Source of the DNA: Pseudolysinimonas sp.
GTDB taxonomy: Bacteria > Actinomycetota > Actinomycetes > Actinomycetales > Microbacteriaceae
Assembly: GCA_039917005.1 (NCBI GenBank)
Contig: JBDSKH010000067.1
Coordinates: 1 to 34,265, forward strand
Length of the DNA: 34,265 nucleotides
Direction of reading: 5' to 3'
In this document: piece after piece, positions 1 to 9,019 of the stretch
Layout of the letters: each line of letters opens with the position of its first letter
How positions within the stretch are numbered: the stretch's first letter is position 1
Translations under genes and position numbers: made by a program
The notes under the pieces: generated by a model
Databases searched by the model: none
What the model saw: the letters and a program-made list of their open reading frames with translations, nothing else
Told to the model about the DNA's origin: nothing

Positions 1-1445
1 CGAACACCGGAGGCGGATCGACCGATAGCCCTGGGGGCCTCGACAAGTTCTACTCGCAGGAGCTCACCTGGGCCGACGAGGGCGACCAGCTCGATTCGAC
101 CACGGTCGAGGTGCCGCTCGACTGGGCCGAGCCGGATGGCGACACGATCGAGATCGCGGTCATGCGCCACCACGCGGCCGGCGAATCGCTCGGCTCTCTG
201 CTGATGAACCCCGGCGGCCCCGGCGGTTCCGGATACGACTACGTGCGCGACTACGCGCAATACCTTGTCACCCCCGGCGTGCTGGACGCCTTCGACCTGA
301 TCGGGTTCGACCCCCGCGGCGTGAACCACTCGAACGCCGTCATCTGCTACACCGACCCCGGTGACCGGGACGAGTACCTGTACGGCACGTATGACAACGC
401 GTACGGCACGCAGGGCTGGGTCGATGAGCTCACCGAGCGCGAGAAGGCCTACGCCGCCGCGTGCGAGGAGAACACCGGCCCGCTGCTCGCCCACATCGAC
501 GCCGCGAGCGTCGCCCGGGACATGGATGTCATCCGGGCCGTCCTGGGCGACGACAAGATCAACTACCTCGGCTACTCGTACGGCACCTACCTGGGCACCA
601 TGTACGCCGAGCTGTTCCCCGACAAGGTCGGCAAGATGGTGCTCGACGGCGCCGTGGATCCGAACGTGAGCGACCTGGAAGCCCTCGCGACGCAGATGGG
701 CGGCTTCGAGAGCGCTCTGCGTGCGTACGTCGCCGACTGCCAGACGGGCGACTGCCCGCTCACCGGGGACGTCGACTCCGGCATGGCGCAGATCCGCGCC
801 ATCCTCGACGGCATCGACGCCAAGGCGCTCATCGCCGCCGACGGCCGCCAGCTCGACTCGGCGACGGTCGGCACCGGTATCGCGGAATACCTGTACTCCG
901 ATCAGCTGTGGCCCGATCTGACATTCGTGTTCTCGGACCTGCTCGCCGACAGCCCCGACTCCACGTTCGCCGCGGCCGACGACTACAACGGCCGCAACCC
1001 GGACGGCACGTATGCCGACAACTCCAATGACGTGTACTCGGCCGTGACATGCGCCGAGGGCGACCTCGGCACGGACTCGGTCGACACGCTGGGCGACGTC
1101 GATGCTCTGCGGGCGAAGGCGCCGACGATCGGCGACTACTTCGGGTACGACGACACGGCAGTGCTCGACGCGCTGTGCTCGAACTGGCCGTATCCGGTGG
1201 CCGAGTTGCCGGCCGAGTACGACGCCGACGGCGCTGCACCCATCATCGTGATCGGCACGAGCAACGACCCGGCGACGCCGTACGCGAACGCGGTCTCGTT
1301 GTCGAAGCAGCTGGCCAGCGGTGTGCTCCTCAGCTATGAGGGCGAAGGCCACACGATCTACGCTCAGGGCGTGCCCTGCGTGGATGACGCCGTCGACGCG
1401 TACTTCATCGAGGGCACCGTCCCGGCGTCCGACCCGATGTGCTGA
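1..1445 (+). CDS. Secreted alpha/beta-hydrolase serine peptidase, tripeptidyl-aminopeptidase family (Tap/SlpD/Hip1-like, TAP C-terminal domain); 5' end outside the window
   Basis: The frame is open to the window edge. Translation from nt 3 (NTGGGSTDSPGGLDKFYSQELTW...) aligns with residues upstream of the listed GTG 111 when compared to the downstream paralog. It has the GxSxG nucleophile GYSYGT, the C-terminal motifs GTSNDPATPY and GEGHT, and conserved Cys pairs. By eye it is about 60% identical to the next gene. Confidence 0.85.
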   Translation, partial: NTGGGSTDSPGGLDKFYSQELTWADEGDQLDSTTVEVPLDWAEPDGDTIEIAVMRHHAAGESLGSLLMNPGGPGGSGYDYVRDYAQYLVTPGVLDAFDLIGFDPRGVNHSNAVICYTDPGDRDEYLYGTYDNAYGTQGWVDELTEREKAYAAACEENTGPLLAHIDAASVARDMDVIRAVLGDDKINYLGYSYGTYLGTMYAELFPDKVGKMVLDGAVDPNVSDLEALATQMGGFESALRAYVADCQTGDCPLTGDVDSGMAQIRAILDGIDAKALIAADGRQLDSATVGTGIAEYLYSDQLWPDLTFVFSDLLADSPDSTFAAADDYNGRNPDGTYADNSNDVYSAVTCAEGDLGTDSVDTLGDVDALRAKAPTIGDYFGYDDTAVLDALCSNWPYPVAELPAEYDADGAAPIIVIGTSNDPATPYANAVSLSKQLASGVLLSYEGEGHTIYAQGVPCVDDAVDAYFIEGTVPASDPMC

Positions 1446-1474
1446 CCCCGATTCACCGAACACGAAGGAACCCG

Positions 1475-3013
1475 ATGCGCACTCTCCGTCGCGCCGCCGC
1501 GGTGGCAGTCCTGACCGCCTCCGCCGTCGCCCTGTCCGGCTGCACTCTGCTCGCCCCGCTGGTGAACGGCGGCGGAACGACCGTGAGTTCGCACACCGAT
1601 GAGACGGTGGCGCCAGAGCTCGAGCAGTTCTACAAGCAGGACGTGACCTGGAAGAACTGCGGCGGGGGCGACTGCACGACTCTGAAGGCGCCCGTCGACT
1701 GGGATGCGCCGAACGGCGACCAGATCGAGCTCGCGATCTCCCGGCACCAGGCCTCTGGCACGTCGATGGGCTCGCTGCTCATCAACCCCGGAGGCCCGGG
1801 TGGCTCGGGGTACGACTTCGCGCAGGGATTCTCTCCGTCGGAAGGCGTCTATGACAACTACGACATCATCGGCTTCGATCCTCGCGGTGTCGGTCGGTCT
1901 ACGCCGATCGTCTGCTTCACCGATGACGCCGACCGCGACGAGATGATCTACGGCACCTACGACGACCCGTACGGGTCAGACGGATGGCAGGCAGAGCTCG
2001 CCGACCGCCAGAAGGCATGGGTGGACGCCTGCTCCGAGAACACCGGCGACCTGCTCGCGCACATCGACTCGACGAGCGTGGCGCGCGATATGGACATGAT
2101 CCGCGCCGTGCTCGGCGACGAGAAGATCAACTACCTGGGTTACTCGTTCGGCACCTACCTCGGCACCGTCTACGCGGAACTGTTCCCCGACAAGGTCGGC
2201 CGGATGGTCCTCGACGGCGCGGTCGAGCCGCCCTTCGGCACTTTCGACGAGCTCGCCACGCAGATGGCCGGGTTCGACAGCGCCTTCAAGGCGTACATGC
2301 AGGACTGCCTCGACTCGGGCGGCTGCCCGTTCGGCGGGCCGATCAACCAGGCGTTGGCCGAGGCGCACGCTCTGATCCTCAGTGTCGACGGCCAGGGGCT
2401 CCAGAGCAGCGACGGGCGCGTGCTCGACTCCGCGACTGTCGGCACGGGCGTCGCGCTGACCCTCTATAACCAGAGCAACTGGAGCTTCCTCACCGCCGTG
2501 TTCGAGGGATTGCAAAACGGCGACGCGGACGCCGCGTTCCAGGCGGCCGACGCGTACAACGGCCGTGACGGCGGCGGGTACGCCGACCGCTCGCTCGACG
2601 TGTACTTCGCGGTCACCTGCGCCGAGGGCACCATCGGCACCGACGACATCGATCTGCTGACCGGACTCGGCATCATGGACCAGAAGGCGCCGTACGTCGG
2701 CGGCATCCTCGCGCTCGACGACTACGTCCTGCTCGAGGAGGCCTGCTCGCAGTGGCCGTTCCCGCGCCCGGAGTTCCCGGACGTGTTCGATGCCGAGGGC
2801 GCCCCACCGATCCTCGTGATCGGAACGACCAACGACCCCGCCACGCCGTACGCGCAGTCGGTAGCACTCGCCGACGAGCTGTCGAGCGGCGTGCTGATCA
2901 CGTACAACGGCGAGGGCCACACCGTCTACGGCAACGGCGTCGCGTGCATCGACAACCTCGTCGACGACTACTTCGTCAACGACGTCGTGCCGTCTGCGGA
3001 TCCGAGCTGCTGA
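1475..3013 (+). CDS. Lipoprotein alpha/beta-hydrolase serine peptidase, Tap/SlpD/Hip1-like; tandem paralog of the preceding gene
   Basis: ATG 1475 follows GAAGGAA (1464-1470). The signal peptide carries the lipobox LSGC (MRTLRRAAAVAVLTASAVALSGC). Motifs are GYSFGT, GTTNDPATPY and GEGHT. It is collinear with the 5'-partial gene. Confidence 0.85.
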   Translation: MRTLRRAAAVAVLTASAVALSGCTLLAPLVNGGGTTVSSHTDETVAPELEQFYKQDVTWKNCGGGDCTTLKAPVDWDAPNGDQIELAISRHQASGTSMGSLLINPGGPGGSGYDFAQGFSPSEGVYDNYDIIGFDPRGVGRSTPIVCFTDDADRDEMIYGTYDDPYGSDGWQAELADRQKAWVDACSENTGDLLAHIDSTSVARDMDMIRAVLGDEKINYLGYSFGTYLGTVYAELFPDKVGRMVLDGAVEPPFGTFDELATQMAGFDSAFKAYMQDCLDSGGCPFGGPINQALAEAHALILSVDGQGLQSSDGRVLDSATVGTGVALTLYNQSNWSFLTAVFEGLQNGDADAAFQAADAYNGRDGGGYADRSLDVYFAVTCAEGTIGTDDIDLLTGLGIMDQKAPYVGGILALDDYVLLEEACSQWPFPRPEFPDVFDAEGAPPILVIGTTNDPATPYAQSVALADELSSGVLITYNGEGHTVYGNGVACIDNLVDDYFVNDVVPSADPSC

Positions 3014-3048
3014 CGGGTCTCGACACGCCGCTCTGCGGCTACTCGACC
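3014..3048. repeat. 35-bp intergenic/3'-end element, copy A (Tap2 / DUF4166 convergent junction)
   Basis: CGGGTCTCGACACGCCGCTCTGCGGCTACTCGACC matches copy B at 31 of 35 positions. It fills the 25-nt gap and extends over the last 3 codons plus the stop of the minus-strand gene. Confidence 0.6.
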
Positions 3049-3627
3049 AGCAAATAGGTGAACGAGCCGGTGTAGCGGAAGACCTCGCCCAGCACGGGCG
3101 CGGTTATCCGCACATCGACGTGCTGCATGCCTCCGCGCGCGGTCTCGGCGAGGCTCACGCGCACCAGGCCCGGCATCCGGAATCGCACCGGTCCGAGGTG
3201 CAGCCACTGCCGCCGGGAGCTCATCCGCAGGCCGCCGTCAGTGACCTCGAGAGCGAATTCGACCTCGAGCCCGCGGCGCCGGCCGAGTCGGTCGTGCAGC
3301 GCTCCGTCGACGACGGTCATGGTGTCCTCCATGACGCGGGTTCGCCGGGGGAACGCGAACTCCCGCCGCGCTGACAGCGAGCCGTCGGGGTGGGTCGTGT
3401 TGACGATCGTGAACGGGATGTCGCGGCCGTACTCCGGGAACAGCACGTGCCGCCACGCCATCCACGCGAGAGCACGGGGTGAGCCAGCGATGCCGCGAGC
3501 CCGCGATCCCGTAGACGCCGGTGCCGTGTCCAACGCCGCCAACCGGGGAAGCCCCGAAGTACCGCCGTAAGGCCGGGTCGAGCTGCTCGATGCGATCACC
3601 GAGCACGCGTTCGTAGACCGAGGGCAC
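3039..3627 (-). pseudogene. DUF4166-like protein gene interrupted by a frameshift (true pseudogene or assembly indel)
   Basis: The N-terminal ~50 codons start at GTG 3627 (MPSVYERVLGDRIEQLDPALRRYFG...GTGVYGIAGSRHRWLTP) in one frame. The remaining ~145 codons (ALAWMAWRHVLFPEYGRDIPFTIVN...GSFTYLLVE*) are in the frame of ORF 3039..3776. Both flanking out-of-frame translations are Arg/Pro-rich junk. The junction lies near plus-strand GGGG 3476-3479. The family name is from recalled sequence pattern only. Confidence 0.55.
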
Positions 3628-3668
3628 GAGTCGATTCTGACGGGTGCCGGCCGCGGAGCCGTGCTGGA

Positions 3669-3674
3669 TAGGCT
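3669..3674 (+). promoter_or_regulatory. -10-like hexamer TAGGCT, 9 nt upstream of the acyltransferase ATG
   Basis: The sequence reads TAGGCT-caacgcatc-ATG. There is no SD. Confidence 0.35.
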
Positions 3675-3683
3675 CAACGCATC

Positions 3684-4751
3684 ATGTCGGACACGATCTC
3701 CCACCGCTTCCACCCGCGGGACAACTCCCTCAACGCTCTCCGGCTGCTGCTGGCATCCCTCGTCATCGTGTCGCACTCATGGCCCCTCACCCTCCAGGAC
3801 TTCGAACCGCATTTCGGCGGGGCGAACCTCGGCACCTGGGCCGTGCTGGGATTCTTCGCGATCTCGGGTTTCCTCATCACCCGCAGCCGGCTGCGGGTTC
3901 GCCGCACGCGCGACTTCTATCGCGCGCGGGCATTGCGCATCCTGCCGGCATTCGTCGTCGCCCTGCTGGTCGTCGCTTTCGTCTTCGCTCCGCTCTCGCA
4001 GCTCGTCGATCCGACGGCGAGCTGGCAGCCGCTCAGCTCGGTCGAGTACGTGGTGCGCAATCTGCCGCTCTATCCGGCTTTCGTCGCCCAGCCCGGCATC
4101 GACGTGACGCTTACCACCAACGTCTACCCGATCGTCTGGGACGGCCCGCTCTGGACGCTCTTCTGGGAGGGCATCTGCTACCTGGCCGTGGGCATCCTGG
4201 TGAGCGTTCTGCCGCGCAAAGCCGTGCCGGCCGTCGTCGTCGTCCTCCTCGTAGGACTGACCGCCGTCTCGCTCGCCGGCAGCCTCGGCGTCGTGAACCT
4301 GCCTCAGCTGCCCACCCTCGTCATCCCGATGATCCTGGCCTTCCTCGGGGGCAGCGTGCTGTTCCTCTTCGCCGAACGCGTTCCGGCGGGGCCGGTCGCC
4401 GTGGCGGTCGCCGTCGTCGTGCTGGCGGGGATCACCGTCATCGGGCAGGGTCCGGCGCTCGCGGCACTGCCCCTGGCCTTCCTGCTGGTCTGGCTCGGCT
4501 GCGTGCTGCCGCTCTCGAGGGTCGGGTCGAAGTACGACGTCTCGTACGGCATCTACATCTACGCCTGGCCGGTGCAGCAGTTCCTGACCCTGACGGTGGG
4601 ACCCGACTTCCCGATCGTGCTCGACCTGCTCATCGTATTCGCCGTGACCGTGCCGCTGGCGTTCGCGAGCTGCGTGCTGATCGAGCGCCCGTTCCTTGCC
4701 CGCAAGGCCTCCGCCCCGCTCGAGACGCCGCAGGAGGCGCCGTTCCCCTGA
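3684..4751 (+). CDS. Acyltransferase family 3 (OatA/OafA-like) integral membrane protein
   Basis: The N-terminus RDNSLNALRLLLASLVIVSHSWPL is typical of acyltransferase_3. The protein has about 10 hydrophobic segments and high GC3 throughout. Confidence 0.85.
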   Translation: MSDTISHRFHPRDNSLNALRLLLASLVIVSHSWPLTLQDFEPHFGGANLGTWAVLGFFAISGFLITRSRLRVRRTRDFYRARALRILPAFVVALLVVAFVFAPLSQLVDPTASWQPLSSVEYVVRNLPLYPAFVAQPGIDVTLTTNVYPIVWDGPLWTLFWEGICYLAVGILVSVLPRKAVPAVVVVLLVGLTAVSLAGSLGVVNLPQLPTLVIPMILAFLGGSVLFLFAERVPAGPVAVAVAVVVLAGITVIGQGPALAALPLAFLLVWLGCVLPLSRVGSKYDVSYGIYIYAWPVQQFLTLTVGPDFPIVLDLLIVFAVTVPLAFASCVLIERPFLARKASAPLETPQEAPFP

Positions 4752-4789
4752 TCAGCGCGGGGCAACCCCGTCGCAGAACGGCCCGCGGG

Positions 4790-4795
4790 TAGGGT
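4790..4795 (+). promoter_or_regulatory. -10-like hexamer TAGGGT, 8 nt upstream of the perM-like ATG
   Basis: The sequence reads TAGGGT-cgcagtcg-ATG. There is no SD. Confidence 0.35.
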
Positions 4796-4803
4796 CGCAG
4801 TCG

Positions 4804-6045
4804 ATGACCCGGCGGCTCACTGTGCTCTTCGCGGCCTTCGAGGCCGTGCTCGGTGTCGCCATCGGCATCGCGATCCCCCTCGTGCCGCTGACGATCGTGT
4901 GGGCCGCGCAGTTCGGCTTCGCCCCCGACTGGCTGATCTTCTGGCGGGGGTCGGTCGACGTCTGGCTGCTCGGTCACGGCGCCGATGTCACCTTCACGCT
5001 GGACCCCGCGACGGCACTCGCGCTCGGGGTCACGGGAGCGGGTGCTCCGGTCGTCGTGACCATCGCTCTGCTGGGCTTCGCGGTGCTGACCGCCCTGCTC
5101 GGGGCGCGCGCCGGCACCCGCATCGGCGAGTCGGGCCACCGCCTGCTCGGGGCGCTCACCGCGGTCGGCGTCTTCGCCCTGCTCTCGGCGGCGGTCACGC
5201 TCAGCGTGCTGCATCCGATGGCCCGGCCCTCGATCTGGCAGGGGACGCTGCTGCCCGCCCTCGTCTTCGGTGCCGGGCTCGTGCTCGGGATGCTGCGCGC
5301 CGCGCGCGACGCCGAGTCGCCCACCGCAGACGCCGGCCGCGGGCGATTCTCCCGCTGGATCGCGGGCCTTCCGATCGATACCCGCGCAACCGCCGGAGCC
5401 GCCCTCCGCGCCGGCGCTGCCGCGGTCGCCATCATCGTGGCGATCAGCGCTGTCGCACTCACTGCCCTCTTCGTGCTCGGGTACGCCGACATCATCCGGC
5501 TCTACGAGGCGTTGCACACCGAGGTGGTGGGCGGCATCGCCGTGACAGCGCTGCAGCTCGCCCTGCTGCCCGACCTCGTGGTCTGGACGGCATCCTGGTT
5601 CGTCGGTCCCGGCTTCGCGATCGGCACCGGATCCCAGGTCTCGCCCCTCGGGACGGCGCTCGGCCCACTTCCCGCATTGCCGGTCTTCGGCGCTCTGCCC
5701 ACCGGCGACTTCGATTTCGCGTTCGCCGGGCTCCTCGTGCCGGTGATCGCGGGGTTCCTCGCCGGGGCCGCCGTGCGCCCCGCCCTCAGCCGCGCGCTCG
5801 ATGGCGTGCGGCTGCCCGCCCTCCTCATCGTCGGCCTCGGCGGCGGCATCGCCGGGGCGGTGCTCATGGGCCTGCTGTCCTGGGCGTCGTCGGGCAGCGT
5901 GGGACCAGGCAGGCTGGCCGACGTCGGCCCGTCGCCGATCGCCGTCGCGTTCGTCGCGCTGCTCGAGCTGGCGCCGGCGATCGCGCTCGGAGTGGCGTCC
6001 GGGGCCGTGCTGCCGCGCAGAATCCGGCGCGACCGCGCCCGGTAG
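4804..6045 (+). CDS. Polytopic membrane protein, PerM/DUF6350-like
   Basis: It starts at ATG 4804 ([17 protein letters not shown]...). It is Ala/Gly/Leu-rich with about 10 TM segments. It sits directly upstream of purN-purH, the same position as M. tuberculosis perM (Rv0955-purN-purH). The longer ORF from 4696 is Arg/Pro-rich and unlikely to be real. Confidence 0.7.
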   Translation: MTRRLTVLFAAFEAVLGVAIGIAIPLVPLTIVWAAQFGFAPDWLIFWRGSVDVWLLGHGADVTFTLDPATALALGVTGAGAPVVVTIALLGFAVLTALLGARAGTRIGESGHRLLGALTAVGVFALLSAAVTLSVLHPMARPSIWQGTLLPALVFGAGLVLGMLRAARDAESPTADAGRGRFSRWIAGLPIDTRATAGAALRAGAAAVAIIVAISAVALTALFVLGYADIIRLYEALHTEVVGGIAVTALQLALLPDLVVWTASWFVGPGFAIGTGSQVSPLGTALGPLPALPVFGALPTGDFDFAFAGLLVPVIAGFLAGAAVRPALSRALDGVRLPALLIVGLGGGIAGAVLMGLLSWASSGSVGPGRLADVGPSPIAVAFVALLELAPAIALGVASGAVLPRRIRRDRAR

Positions 6046-6048
6046 GCT
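6043..6048 (+). promoter_or_regulatory. -10-like hexamer TAGGCT, 7 nt upstream of the purN GTG; overlaps the upstream stop codon
   Basis: The sequence reads TAGGCT-gaggggc-GTG. The TAG is the stop of the perM-like gene. Confidence 0.35.
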
Positions 6049-6055
6049 GAGGGGC

Positions 6056-6643
6056 GTGCTGCGCCTGGTGGTCCTCATCTCCGGCGGCGGCTCCAACCTC
6101 CGGGCGCTGCTCGAGGCCTCCCAGGATGCGGAGTTCCCCGCCCGCATCGTCGCGATCGGCGCCGACCGCGACGCCGACGGCCTCTCCCACGCCGAGGAGT
6201 TCGGCATCCCGTCGTTCGTCGTCCCGTTCGGCACCTACGCGTCGCGCGAGGAGTGGGGCGACGCCCTGCTGGAGCAGCTCGCGCAGTGGGAAGCCGACCT
6301 CGTCATCCTGTCGGGCTTCATGCGCCTGCTGCCGGACGCCGTGGTCGACGCACTCACCCCGCGGCTGCTGAACACCCACCCCGCGTTACTGCCGGAATTC
6401 CCCGGTGCCCATGCCGTGCGCGACGCGCTCGCCGCCGGCGCCCCGGTAAGCGGCGCGAGCGTCATCATCGTCGACCACGGGATCGACAGCGGCCCGGTCG
6501 TCGCCCAGGAGCGCGTCGCGGTGCTGCCGGGTGACACGGAGGGACGCCTGCACGACCGCATCAAGCTCGTCGAACGCGAACTGCTGGTGCAGGTCGTCCT
6601 CGACATCGCGAACGGCCGACTCGACCTGGAGAATCTCGCATGA
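6056..6643 (+). CDS. purN: Phosphoribosylglycinamide formyltransferase
   Basis: It starts at GTG 6056 ([21 protein letters not shown]...). Motifs are LSGFMRLL and [12 protein letters not shown]. Its stop overlaps the purH start (ATGA at 6640-6643). Confidence 0.9.
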   Translation: MLRLVVLISGGGSNLRALLEASQDAEFPARIVAIGADRDADGLSHAEEFGIPSFVVPFGTYASREEWGDALLEQLAQWEADLVILSGFMRLLPDAVVDALTPRLLNTHPALLPEFPGAHAVRDALAAGAPVSGASVIIVDHGIDSGPVVAQERVAVLPGDTEGRLHDRIKLVERELLVQVVLDIANGRLDLENLA

Positions 6644-8223
6644 CCGCTGCCGCGCACGACAACGACTATCGCGAACGGGACGTGATCCCCGTCCGCCGCG
6701 CCCTCATCTCGGTGTACGACAAGACCGGCCTGCTCGAACTCGCCGCGGTTCTCGCGCAGCAGGGCGTCGAGATCGTGTCGACGGGATCGACGGCGAAGCT
6801 CATCGCCGATGCGGGACATCCCGTCGTCGAGGTGAGCGTGCTGACCGGATTCCCGGAGTCGCTCGACGGGAGGGTCAAGACCCTGCACCCGGCCGTGCAC
6901 GCGGGCATCCTCGCCGATCTGCGCCTGGCGAGTCACGAGGTGCAGCTGTCCGAGCTCGGCGTCGCGCCGTTCGAGCTCGTCGTGTCGAACCTCTACCCGT
7001 TCACCGAGACCGTGGCGTCGGGAGCCGAGCCCGATGAGGTGATCGAGCAGATCGACATCGGCGGCCCCTCGATGGTGCGCGGTGCCGCGAAGAACCACGC
7101 CAACGTCGCGATCGTCACCTCGCCGGCTCAGTACGCGGATCTGACCGACGCGATCCTGGCCGGCGGCACCACGCTCGCCTGGCGTCGCACGCTCGCGCTC
7201 GCCGCCTTCCGGCACACCGCGAGCTACGACGTCGCGGTCGCCTCGTGGCTGGGGTCATTCGTCGCCCCCGACGACGAGGGCTCTGGCTTCCCCGGCTGGG
7301 TCGGCGCCACCTGGACGCGGGCGGAGGTGCTGCGCTACGGCGAGAACGCGCATCAGCGCGCGGCGCTCTACCGCAACGTGCACGGCGGCGGCATCGCCCA
7401 GGCCGCAAAGCTGGGCGGCAAGGAGATGTCCTACAACAACTATGTGGATGCCGACGCGGCCCTGCGCGCGGCATACGACATCGAGACTCCCGCGGTCGCG
7501 ATCATCAAGCACGCCAACCCGTGCGGCATCGCCACCGCCGACACGATCGCCGCGGCGCACGCCGCCGCGCACGCGTGCGATCCGGTCTCCGCGTACGGCG
7601 GCGTCATCGCCGCCAACCGGCCGATCACGCGCGAGGCCGCGGAGTCGATCGCCCCGATCTTCACCGAGGTGGTCGTCGCGCCCGGTTTCGAACCCGGAGC
7701 GCTCGAGATCCTTCGGGAGAAGAAGAACATGCGCCTGCTCGAGCTGCCCGCCGACTACTGGCGCGGCGGCACCGAGTTCCGGCTGATCTCGGGCGGCGTC
7801 TTGATGCAGTCGGCCGACACGCAGTTCACCCCGGCCCTGCAGTGGAAGCTGGTCGCCGGCGAGGCCGCCGACGCCGCGACCCTCGCCGACCTCGAGTTCG
7901 CCTGGCGGGCCTGCCGGTCGGTGAAGTCCAACGGCATCCTGCTCGCGAACGACGGAGCCTCGGTAGGGGTCGGCATGGGGCAGGTCAACCGGGTCGACTC
8001 GTGCAAGCTCGCCGTCGAGCGGGCGGGCGATCGCGCGGCAGGCAGCGTCGCGGCGTCGGATGCGTTCTTCCCGTTCGCCGACGGAGCCGAGATCCTGATC
8101 GCCGCCGGTGTCCGCGCGATCGTGCAGCCGGGCGGCTCGATCCGTGACGACGAGGTGATCGCGGCCGCGGCCGCCGCCGGCGTGACCATGTACTTCACGA
8201 ACGAGCGACACTTCTTCCACTGA
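6640..8223 (+). CDS. purH: Bifunctional AICAR transformylase / IMP cyclohydrolase
   Basis: The protein is 527 aa. It contains [37 protein letters not shown] and the C-terminal [11 protein letters not shown]. Confidence 0.97.
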   Translation: MTAAAHDNDYRERDVIPVRRALISVYDKTGLLELAAVLAQQGVEIVSTGSTAKLIADAGHPVVEVSVLTGFPESLDGRVKTLHPAVHAGILADLRLASHEVQLSELGVAPFELVVSNLYPFTETVASGAEPDEVIEQIDIGGPSMVRGAAKNHANVAIVTSPAQYADLTDAILAGGTTLAWRRTLALAAFRHTASYDVAVASWLGSFVAPDDEGSGFPGWVGATWTRAEVLRYGENAHQRAALYRNVHGGGIAQAAKLGGKEMSYNNYVDADAALRAAYDIETPAVAIIKHANPCGIATADTIAAAHAAAHACDPVSAYGGVIAANRPITREAAESIAPIFTEVVVAPGFEPGALEILREKKNMRLLELPADYWRGGTEFRLISGGVLMQSADTQFTPALQWKLVAGEAADAATLADLEFAWRACRSVKSNGILLANDGASVGVGMGQVNRVDSCKLAVERAGDRAAGSVAASDAFFPFADGAEILIAAGVRAIVQPGGSIRDDEVIAAAAAAGVTMYFTNERHFFH

Positions 8224-8236
8224 TGGGAATGCACAC

Positions 8237-8992
8237 GTGAAAGCCCTCGTCCGTCCGACCTCCCGCCGCCTCGCGGAGGGGCAGCTCACGCACATCGAAC
8301 GCGTCGAGGTCGACGTCGATCTCGCCGAGCGCCAGTGGAGCGAGTACTGCGACGCCCTCGACAGCTGGGGCTTCGAGACCGTCAGGGTCGCCGGCGACGA
8401 CGCCCTGCCCGACTCGGTCTTCGTCGAGGATGCCGTGGTCATGTTCGGCGACCTCGCGGTGCTCACGAGCCCGGGCGCCGAGACCCGCCGCCCCGAGACG
8501 GATGCCGTGCGCGACACGCTCGAGGGTCTCGGCCGCGAGGTGGCGGCCATCGAGCTGCCTGGAACCCTCGACGGCGGGGACGTGCTGAAGATCGACCGCA
8601 CCGTCTATGTCGGCCATGGAGGCCGGACGAACGGCGACGGCATCCGGCAGCTGCGTGCCCTGCTGACGCCGCGCGGGTACACGGTCGTCGGCGTCCCGGT
8701 CACCAAGGTGCTGCACCTCAAGTCGGCCGTCACGGCGCTTCCCGACGGCACGGTTATCGGCCATCTCGACGACGTCGACCACCCGGGGATCTTCCCGAGC
8801 TTCCTGGCGATGCCCGAGCACGGTGCCGCGGCCGTGGTGCTCTCGGATGACACGGTGCTGATGGCCACGTCGGTTCCCGAGTCCGTCGCCCTCGTCGAGA
8901 GCCTCGGTTACCGGGTCATCACCGTCGACATCAGCGAGTTCGAGAAGCTCGAAGGGTGCGTCACCTGCCTGTCGGTACGGATCCGCGCCTGA
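8237..8992 (+). CDS. Amidinotransferase-fold enzyme, dimethylarginine dimethylaminohydrolase (DDAH)-like
   Basis: The protein is 251 aa. Motifs are FVEDAVV, LDGGDVL, HLKSAVT and the C-terminal catalytic-type Cys in EGCVTCLSVRI. The start is GTG 8237, with no obvious SD. Confidence 0.7.
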   Translation: MKALVRPTSRRLAEGQLTHIERVEVDVDLAERQWSEYCDALDSWGFETVRVAGDDALPDSVFVEDAVVMFGDLAVLTSPGAETRRPETDAVRDTLEGLGREVAAIELPGTLDGGDVLKIDRTVYVGHGGRTNGDGIRQLRALLTPRGYTVVGVPVTKVLHLKSAVTALPDGTVIGHLDDVDHPGIFPSFLAMPEHGAAAVVLSDDTVLMATSVPESVALVESLGYRVITVDISEFEKLEGCVTCLSVRIRA

Positions 8993-9019
8993 TCTCCGCA
9001 CACGAGATGTGATCGTTGC

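Noticed and set aside
3478-3510. The 16-nt imperfect tandem quasi-duplication (ATCGCGGGCTCGCGGC / ATCGCTGGCTCACCCC) as the cause of the DUF4166 frameshift.
   Set aside because: The two copies match at only 12 of 16 positions. Removing one copy would shorten a segment whose first-frame translation (AGSRHRWLTP) still looks family-like. A single-base indel at the adjacent C4/G4 run explains the data more simply. This cannot be resolved without orthologs or reads.
6046-6055. A search for riboswitches near purine, flavin and one-carbon genes: ZTP/pfl upstream of purN, purH and purU, and an FMN/RFN element upstream of the flavin operon (20795-20875).
   Set aside because: The leaders are far too short for a riboswitch (10 nt before purN, 23 nt before purU). 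The roughly 70-100-nt flavin operon leader lacks the conserved RFN core segments I can recall. Only trivial 5-bp hairpins are present.
4630-6234. Very long antisense or alternative-frame ORFs. Examples are 4630-6234 (-), 11191-12981 (-), 13625-15352 (-), 22117-24000 (-), 24887-26551 (-), 26706-28088 (-), 8195-9097 (-), 7255-8601 (-) and 3644-4792 (+).
   Set aside because: Their translations are Arg/Pro/Gly/Asp/His-rich low-complexity strings with no recognisable motifs. Each lies opposite or out of frame to a gene with clear family motifs. Stop-poor alternative frames are expected at about 70% GC.
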